DNA from: Myxococcota bacterium
Lineage (GTDB): Bacteria > Myxococcota_A > Polyangia > Nannocystales > Nannocystaceae
Assembly: GCA_039028615.1 (NCBI GenBank)
Contig: JBCCHT010000028.1
Location: forward strand, 124,235-188,234
Direction of reading: 5' to 3'
Length of the DNA stretch: 64,000 nt
Below the pieces are notes generated by a model that saw only the letters and a program-made list of their open reading frames with translations, was not told the origin of the DNA and ran no database searches. The translations under genes were made by a program, and so were the position numbers. Below are positions 55,765-64,000 of this stretch, one piece after another. How positions within the stretch are numbered: position 1 is the stretch's first letter; the number at the start of each line of letters is the position of its first letter.

Positions 55765-56465
55765 GCCTGCGGGTGTTCCATCCGCCCGGCGACTGGGAGG
55801 TCGGGCAAACGCTGACACTGGACGGCGACGAGTCGCGCTACGTCCTGCGAGTCCGCCGGGCAGGCCCCGGTACCGCGCTGCAGGTCCTCGATGGGCAGGC
55901 CCAAGCCTGGGACGCCACGGTGGCCGAGGTTCGAGGCCGCACCGCGATGGTCGAGCTACACGCGGCCCTGCCCTCGCCACCGAGCGTGCCGCTGCACCTG
56001 CTGCTGGCCATGCCCGAGCCCCGGGCCACGCTCGAGGCCCTCACCCTCGCCTGCGAGCTCGGAGCCACCGACGTGCACCTGGTCCACGGCGACCACAGCC
56101 CGGGCGGATGCCCCTCCCCCGAGCGCATGAGCAAGACGCTGCGGGCCGCTCAGCGCCAGTGCGGGCAGCCACGGCCGCCTCGGATCCACGGCCCCGGAGC
56201 GCTCGCCGACGCGCTCACGGCCACCGCGGCCCAGCCCGGCTTCGTCGCCAGCGCCCCCGAGCGCCACGACCCCGCCCCGCTGCCTGCCCTCGACCCCCAG
56301 CTGGGCGCGCGTTTGCTCGTGGGGCCCGAAGGCGGCCTGTCGCCGGCCGAGCGCTCCCTGGCCCGCGAGGCGGGCCTCCGCTCGCTGTCTCTGGGCCCCT
56401 GGGTGCTCCGAACCCCCACCGCGGTCACGGCCGGCCTGGCACGGCTGCGGGGTGCCGCGGATTGA
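55761..56465 (+). CDS. rsmE: 16S rRNA m3U1498 methyltransferase
   Basis: VLR, ELG, QCG, VGPEGGLS and LGPWVLRT motifs; follows prmA with ATGA overlap. Confidence 0.9.
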   Translation: MSLRVFHPPGDWEVGQTLTLDGDESRYVLRVRRAGPGTALQVLDGQAQAWDATVAEVRGRTAMVELHAALPSPPSVPLHLLLAMPEPRATLEALTLACELGATDVHLVHGDHSPGGCPSPERMSKTLRAAQRQCGQPRPPRIHGPGALADALTATAAQPGFVASAPERHDPAPLPALDPQLGARLLVGPEGGLSPAERSLAREAGLRSLSLGPWVLRTPTAVTAGLARLRGAAD

Positions 56466-56515
56466 CCCCGCGGGCATCGGCACAGCCGTCGCCCGGCCGT
56501 GGTAGGCTGCGCACG

Positions 56516-57094
56516 ATGGGCCTTTGGCGCTCGTCATGCCCAACCGTCTGCCCCGTGTGCGATGCCGCCATCGACCCCAAGGTCGCGGACGCACCGGAAC
56601 CCGTCTGCCCTGAATGCGCGTTCTCCCTGCGACCAGTGCTCGTGGCCGGCTTGTGGCGTCGCACGGCGGCGGGACTGCTCGACGGGATCGTGGTGCTGGG
56701 CACCGCAGGCCTGCTGAATCTGCTGCTGCTGATGTGGCTCGATCCTCCGCCGCTGCTCGGCGACGCCAAGGGCATCGACGCCATGCTGCGCATGCTCGAC
56801 CTCGAGGCGGGCGAGGTGGTCCGGCGCTATGCACCGACGCTCACGATGGCTGCACTGTACTTCGGGTTGTTCTGGTCGCTGACCGGGCAGACCCTTGGAC
56901 ATCGGGTGCTGCGACTGCGCGTCATCGACCCCACCGGGCGACCTCCCCGGCCCTGGTGGGCCGCCGTCCGGGTGCTGGGGCACGGCTTGGGCCTGCTGGC
57001 GGGGGCCATGGGCTGGTTGTGGGTGGGATTCGACCGCGAGAAGCGAGGGCTGCATGATCACCTGGCCCGAACCTATGTCGTGAGGGAGTCATGA
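56516..57094 (+). CDS. RDD family membrane protein with N-terminal CxxC...CxxC zinc ribbon
   Basis: CPVC...CPEC, RRTAAGLLD, GQTLG and RGLHDHLARTYVV motifs. Confidence 0.88.
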   Translation: MGLWRSSCPTVCPVCDAAIDPKVADAPEPVCPECAFSLRPVLVAGLWRRTAAGLLDGIVVLGTAGLLNLLLLMWLDPPPLLGDAKGIDAMLRMLDLEAGEVVRRYAPTLTMAALYFGLFWSLTGQTLGHRVLRLRVIDPTGRPPRPWWAAVRVLGHGLGLLAGAMGWLWVGFDREKRGLHDHLARTYVVRES

Positions 57095-60000
57095 CCCACC
57101 TGCATCGATACATCGAGGACAACGGCACGCTCTACCCGGAGCAGCTCGCCGAGGCCTTGCGCCGCCAGCAGATCTACGGCGGCAGTCTCGATACGGTGTT
57201 GCTCGAGCTGGAGCTCATCGACCCCAAGACGGTCGGCGAGCTGCTCGAGCGTGCCTGTGGTTTTCCTGCCGTCCCCATCGAGCTGCTCGACAACGGACTC
57301 GAGCGCCCCTGGGACGAGATTCCCGAAGACCTGCAGCGCTCCCGATGGGTCGAGCCGCTCGGCAAAGACGGCGACGAAATCCTGGTCGCGGTGCACCCCG
57401 ACCTGCCCAATGATCTGCTGGGCGGGTTGCTGCGCAGCGTTCGGCGTATCCGCCCCATGGTCACGCCCGAGTGCTGCCTCGAGAAAATCGCGGCCGAGCG
57501 CCACGGCTCCGTGGTCCCGCAGCGCTACGCGATCTTGTGCGCGTCGTATCTCAGTGCGCTCCGCCGACGGCCCTCCGTCTCTGGCGTGCACCCCACCGCC
57601 CGCGCCGAGGCGCCGTCCTTCGAGCCGCCCTCGACCCCTACGCTCGACGAGAAGACCGGCAGCGCGACCAGCTCGGGCGACGACAGCACCGCGGCCGGCA
57701 TGATCGACGTGCAGGAGACTCCGCCCGTCGACATTCCCAACGCCGACTCGGGGCCCGCCGATCCTTCGGAGTCATCGCCCTCGCGTCAGACCCTGATCGC
57801 CAGCGGACCGCCGCCGGCCGGGCAAGGACCGGGTGCCGCTCCTTCGCCGCGCCCCCGCGTCCCTCGACCGCCGAAGATCACGGTCAAGGCCGAGCCGCAG
57901 CCCGAGACCGAGCCCGAGCCCGAGCCTCAACCCGAGGCCGAGCCCCCGTCGCGGCAGCCCACGGGCGAGTGGGATCCCAGCGCCGCCCTGCCCACGCCAG
58001 ACGCACCTCCGCCCGCCGCCGCGCCGCTGGAGCGAGACGAGGGCGACGTACGGCGCCGCCTCGAGCAGGCCCGTGCCACCCTCGAAGCCGCCCGCTCCCG
58101 CGACGATGCGCTCGAAGCCATCGCCAACGCAGCGATGGTGCTATCGCCTCGGGTGGGCTTGTTCCGCGCCCGCAACGACGAGCTCATGGGGCTGAGCACG
58201 CCCCGCAGCCTGCTGTCGGATCTCGGGGGCAAGATCGTGGCCGCGCCCGAAGGCTCCGCCGCCCATCAGGCGCTGCACGAAGGGTCCTTCGTCGGCACCA
58301 GCGAAGAGACCGACCTGCAGCTCGCCACGGGCATCGATGTCGACACGCCCTGTGCCCTGCACCGCGTCGAGGTCCGCGGTCGCGCGGTGGTCGTGGTCTA
58401 CCTCGATCGCGACGGAGCGCCCATCGGAGACGACGACCGCGAGTGGCTCGGCGACATCGCCACCCTCGGCGGCAACGTGTTCGAGGAGATTCTCAAGCTA
58501 CGGCGGCGCTCCGGTGGTTCGAGCACGAAGATACCCGTCGCCAAGACCGACGAGCCCGACCCCAAGAGCCCCCCGAAGCTCGGCGACGTGCCGGAGCTGC
58601 GCTGGAACCCGCCCTCGGCTCGAGTCCGGGCCGCCTACGGCGACGACGAGCCCGCGTCGGAGGATCCGCCCACGCCCGTCGAGCCGGTCTCCAGCTCACG
58701 TGTGTCTCGGGGCAGCGGTGCCGCCGTGCCGCCGTCGCTCGTTCCCCCCGAGAGCGCGACGCCCGAGCCGGACTCGTGGCGGCTGACGCCCGAGCTCGCC
58801 GCCCAGGCGCTGGAACAGCGAGACGACGAGACCGAAGCACCCGCCGAGGACGACGCGGAGACGAGCGAGCACGCGGAGACGAGCGAGCCGGCTGTCGCCG
58901 ACGACGACGCGGACGAGACGCCCGCTGTCGAAACACCGGACGCCGAAGAGAACGCGGCGCCCGAGGAGACCGACGACGCCAACGAGACGGCAGAGCCCGC
59001 GCCCGAGCCCGAAGACGACGACAAGTTCTACGAGGTCACCGACGACGACGATGACGAGACCTCGTTCGCCGACCCCCCTGCCGCGGCCAGCGACGACGAC
59101 GAGACCTCGTCCACCGACGCCACGCCGAACGACGACGACGAGACCTCGTTCGCCGATGCCAACCCCGACGACGACGAGACTTCGTTCGCCGACGCCAATC
59201 CCGACGACGATGACGAGACCTCGTTCGCCGACGCCGATCCCGGCGCCGACGACTCGACGACGGCCAGCAGCGAGACCAACGACGAAGCCTCGGAGCCCCA
59301 GCCCGAACCCGAGCCCCAGCCCGAACCCGAACCGCAGCCCGCTCCCGAGCCTCGCGCCACGCTCGAGTACGAGGACATCCCGATCCGCGCCAGCCTGCGA
59401 CCGCACTCGGGCGCCGACGAGCAAGCCGACCCGGAGCCCAAGGCCACCCTCGAGTTCGAGGACGTCCCGCTCCCCCACCGCACCAAGGACATCACGGAGC
59501 GCAACGCCATCGCGACGGCGTTGACGCACACGGTCCCCGACGAGCCCCTGCCCTCCGATCGACCGACGATGGAGCTGTCCAGCGGCGGCCTCGATGGCGC
59601 AGGCGACCCGCCCGACGCCGCGGAGGAGCCCGACGACGGCACGCCGAGCGACGCCGACACCGAGGCGGTCGAGCCCGAGGTTCCGTCGGCCGGCAGCTCG
59701 CTGAGCCGCTCCACGGTGGTGCCCGTGCCACCGCCCTCGGACGAGGCTCCCCTGCCGCCGCCCCCCGAGGCTCCTTTGCCGCCGCCGCCCCCGTCGGCCG
59801 TCGACGAGATCGACGAAAACGGCGTCCGTCGCCCGCGTAGCTCGACCATCAGCGGCCTGCCCCCGCCCGAGCTGGGCAACCGCAGCGGAGCGACCAAGCG
59901 CGTCATGGGCAACCCGGCGGGCGAGCAGCTGCCCCGCGGGGACGAAGAGGTCGAGATCATCCCGCTCGCCCAGCCGATCACGCCGGCCACCGCCCGCGGC

Positions 60001-60909
60001 CGCATCGAGCTCGAAGACGAAGACTGGATGCCCTCGGGCACCTCGCTGGCCAGCGACTCCCAGCAGGGCGAGATCGATGCGGTCATCGATGCGGTGGTCG
60101 CTGGAGACTCCGACCCCGAGAGCCTGGAGCGCTTCGGCGCCACGGGGATGATGCGGCTGGTCGCCCAGTTCCCCGGGCCCCTGGAGGTCCTGCGCCGCGA
60201 CCTTCGTTCGCTGCCGCCGCCCTCCGCTCATGGCCCGCTCATCCGCACCGTCATCGCCCTGCGCGGCGCGGTGGTGCCCCACCTCATCGATCTGTACGAG
60301 CACCCCAACCCGGACGTCCGCTTCTACGCCGCGTTCGTGTTCCACGAGCTCCGCGACGCTCGCTGCATGCGACCGCTGGGCAAGCTGGCCTTCGACGCCA
60401 ATGGCGACGTCCGCATCGTGTCCATGCGGGTGCTCGAGACGTACCGGACCAGCGAGGGCTTCGACGTCGCCGCCTCCATCGTGCGCGAGCAGCTGAGCGC
60501 CGACTCCCGCAACCAGCAGCTGCACGCCGCTCGGGCCGCGGGCACCCTTCGCGACATCGGGGCCATCCCGCGGCTCATCGCGCTGCTGACCGAGGGCGAT
60601 CGCTTCATCCAAGAGGCCTCGCTCGAGTCGCTGTGCTCCATCACGGGCCAGCAGCACGGGCTCAAGCCCCATCGCTGGCGCGCCTGGTACGAAGAGCAGG
60701 GCGAGCTGCACCGCGTGGAGTGGATCATCGACAGCCTGCGCCATCGCGACCTGCCCGTGCGTCGCTGGGCCGCCGACGAGCTGGTCCGCATCACCGGCCA
60801 CCGCGTGCCCTTCTCGCCGATGGGCGACCGCCGCTCGCGTGAGGTCGCGGCCAAGGCCTGGACCGACTGGTGGCTCAGCCGCGGCCGCGAGATGTTCGGC
60901 GCCAACTGA
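57091..60909 (+). CDS. large protein: MshEN/GSPII-E N-terminal-like domain, possible GAF-like domain, acidic linker, HEAT repeats
   Basis: QLAEALRRQQIYGGSLDTVLLEL near the N-terminus; long Asp/Glu/Pro-rich middle; C-terminal HEAT-like repeats (PDVRFYAA, LPVRRWAA). Confidence 0.78.
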   Translation: MTHLHRYIEDNGTLYPEQLAEALRRQQIYGGSLDTVLLELELIDPKTVGELLERACGFPAVPIELLDNGLERPWDEIPEDLQRSRWVEPLGKDGDEILVAVHPDLPNDLLGGLLRSVRRIRPMVTPECCLEKIAAERHGSVVPQRYAILCASYLSALRRRPSVSGVHPTARAEAPSFEPPSTPTLDEKTGSATSSGDDSTAAGMIDVQETPPVDIPNADSGPADPSESSPSRQTLIASGPPPAGQGPGAAPSPRPRVPRPPKITVKAEPQPETEPEPEPQPEAEPPSRQPTGEWDPSAALPTPDAPPPAAAPLERDEGDVRRRLEQARATLEAARSRDDALEAIANAAMVLSPRVGLFRARNDELMGLSTPRSLLSDLGGKIVAAPEGSAAHQALHEGSFVGTSEETDLQLATGIDVDTPCALHRVEVRGRAVVVVYLDRDGAPIGDDDREWLGDIATLGGNVFEEILKLRRRSGGSSTKIPVAKTDEPDPKSPPKLGDVPELRWNPPSARVRAAYGDDEPASEDPPTPVEPVSSSRVSRGSGAAVPPSLVPPESATPEPDSWRLTPELAAQALEQRDDETEAPAEDDAETSEHAETSEPAVADDDADETPAVETPDAEENAAPEETDDANETAEPAPEPEDDDKFYEVTDDDDDETSFADPPAAASDDDETSSTDATPNDDDETSFADANPDDDETSFADANPDDDDETSFADADPGADDSTTASSETNDEASEPQPEPEPQPEPEPQPAPEPRATLEYEDIPIRASLRPHSGADEQADPEPKATLEFEDVPLPHRTKDITERNAIATALTHTVPDEPLPSDRPTMELSSGGLDGAGDPPDAAEEPDDGTPSDADTEAVEPEVPSAGSSLSRSTVVPVPPPSDEAPLPPPPEAPLPPPPPSAVDEIDENGVRRPRSSTISGLPPPELGNRSGATKRVMGNPAGEQLPRGDEEVEIIPLAQPITPATARGRIELEDEDWMPSGTSLASDSQQGEIDAVIDAVVAGDSDPESLERFGATGMMRLVAQFPGPLEVLRRDLRSLPPPSAHGPLIRTVIALRGAVVPHLIDLYEHPNPDVRFYAAFVFHELRDARCMRPLGKLAFDANGDVRIVSMRVLETYRTSEGFDVAASIVREQLSADSRNQQLHAARAAGTLRDIGAIPRLIALLTEGDRFIQEASLESLCSITGQQHGLKPHRWRAWYEEQGELHRVEWIIDSLRHRDLPVRRWAADELVRITGHRVPFSPMGDRRSREVAAKAWTDWWLSRGREMFGAN
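59041..59240 (+). repeat. tandem coding repeat DDDETS(F)AD, 5 copies
   Basis: GACGAGACCTCGT-like units recurring at about 33-50 bp spacing. Confidence 0.85.
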
Positions 60910-60933
60910 TCGAGCGGGTCGAGGCCCGCGTGC

Positions 60934-61860
60934 TCACGAGGGGCGGCGCGGCAGCCCGAGCGCCACGCCGACGAGCAGCACGCCCGCGCCCCATAGCTCG
61001 GCCGACGTCACGGTGTAGCCGAACAGCAGCACCGTCAGCACCGTCGCCCCCACCGGCTCGACCAGGGTCGCCAGCGCGACCACGTGCACGGGCACGAAGC
61101 GCACGGCCCAGTTGATGAGCCCGTGCCCGATGAGGCCCGGGACCAGGCCCAGGTACAGCAACGCCAGCAGGTCCGTCCCGTCCGCCCCGGTCGGCCACGG
61201 CTCGTAGGACCCGAGCACCACCATCAGCCCCAGCAACACCGCGGCCACCAGGTGCACGGTGCCCAGGTACGGCCGCAGGGGCAGCTGCTTGCGCACGCTG
61301 CGGCCCACCGCCAGATAGGCCGCAGCCGCGGCCGCCGCCAGCAGGGCCAGGCCGTCGCCCCCGTTGAAGCCCACCATCCCGGACGGATCTTCGCCGGCCA
61401 CCATCACCAGCGTGCCGGCCAGGGCCACTGCGGCCCCCACGTACAGCGACATGGGGGCCCGATCGCCGACCCAGCGACCCACCAGCCCCGCGAACAACGG
61501 CTGCGTCGCGACCAGGGTCACCGCTCGGGGCACCGTGGTGAGGCTCAGCGAGGCCACCCACGCCGCGAAGTGCACCGCGAGCAGGCCCGCGGCGATCACG
61601 ATCCGCAGGCTCACCCCGCGGTCGCGCAGGGCCAGGCGCAGCGAGCCCAGCTCCTTGGCCCCCAAAAGCAGCAAGGCCAGCCCGGTCACCGTCACCCGCC
61701 CCGCCGCGATCACCGGAGGCGGAAGTGGCTCGGCGAGCAAGATCACCAGCGCCGCGCTCGAGATCGCAGTGACCGCAGCACCGAGGCCGGCAGCGAGCGA
61801 CGCGGGGCGGGGCGAGGACACGGCGGGCTCATGTAGCGCCCGAGAACCCAATTTGGTCAA
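60934..61860 (-). CDS. DMT/EamA family transporter
   Basis: About 10 TM helices; HFAAWVASL, TQPLF, GHGLINWA and EPVGA motifs. Start may be GTG 61821. Confidence 0.9.
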   Translation of the reverse strand: MTKLGSRALHEPAVSSPRPASLAAGLGAAVTAISSAALVILLAEPLPPPVIAAGRVTVTGLALLLLGAKELGSLRLALRDRGVSLRIVIAAGLLAVHFAAWVASLSLTTVPRAVTLVATQPLFAGLVGRWVGDRAPMSLYVGAAVALAGTLVMVAGEDPSGMVGFNGGDGLALLAAAAAAAYLAVGRSVRKQLPLRPYLGTVHLVAAVLLGLMVVLGSYEPWPTGADGTDLLALLYLGLVPGLIGHGLINWAVRFVPVHVVALATLVEPVGATVLTVLLFGYTVTSAELWGAGVLLVGVALGLPRRPS

Positions 61861-61926
61861 CCCCAGGGCCTCGATCGGGCGTCATGTCGTGGAACGCGCG
61901 CCCTAGGGGTGCTATGAAGGCGAGCC

Positions 61927-63675
<1,749 letters not shown>

Positions 63676-63697
63676 ACCCGGGTTCTGCTCCATCCAG

Positions 63698-63735
63698 GCG
63701 AGCGCGGTCCGTTGGATCGCGCTCGTTTTGCGTTT
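63698..63735 (+). terminator. intrinsic terminator after ffh
   Basis: 12-bp stem 63699-63710 / 63714-63725 followed by TTTTGCGTTT. Confidence 0.8.
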
Positions 63736-63749
63736 GGGGGTGCGCGAAG

Positions 63750-63994
63750 TTTGGGGAGGCGCGAGGAGAGCCTGGTCGGGCGCTCGGAGCTTGGGGAGGT
63801 TTGGTGTGCCGGTGAGCAGGTCGCCTGTTCGCCGAGGCGTGGGTACCGGCCGTGCTCAGACAGTGGTTTCACGCCTAGCGGCAGCGTACGTAGGCGCTCG
63901 AGTTCGTGGACTCCGATTGGTTGTGGGAAGGCGCTACCAAAACTGCGCGCGGCCGGTACCCACGCCTCGACGAGCGGCTCCCTCTCCACGCGGA
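63750..63994 (+). repeat. dispersed structured repeat, copy C (may continue past the window end)
   Basis: Perfect 20-bp inverted repeat 63833-63852 / 63950-63969 enclosing the 97-nt core shared with copy A; flanks shared with copy B. Confidence 0.9.
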
Positions 63995-64000
63995 ACACCA

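Overview
GC-rich (about 70% by eye) chromosomal window with a myxobacterial signature: Ser/Thr kinases, ECF sigma factors, a MYXO-CTERM protease and many Cys-rich lipoproteins with acidic Ser/Thr/Gly tethers. A Nannocystaceae-like source is my inference. Core genes are glgC, glgA, uvrA, pdxA, rnpB, pfkA, atpF'FHAGDC, prmA, rsmE and ffh. There is also a minor type IV pilin operon divergent from a CRP/FNR regulator, with a near-consensus CRP box between them. Two things stand out. (1) A two-gene operon (23843-28215) encodes an OmpA/TraB-like protein with thrombospondin type-3 repeats and a lipoprotein with 12 Cys-rich repeats ending in a thrombospondin C-terminal-like domain; this looks like a thrombospondin signature region split over two bacterial surface proteins. 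(2) An unannotated dispersed non-coding element occurs three times (39218-39391 +, 39536-39658 -, about 63750-63994 +). Its 20-bp closing stem shows 7 compensatory base-pair changes between two copies around a conserved 97-98 nt core. The third copy lacks the hairpin, joined at a CGCC direct repeat. The DNA around the 39 kb copies is depleted of C on the + strand. All calls come from reading motifs by eye; no searches were run, and several start codons are best guesses.
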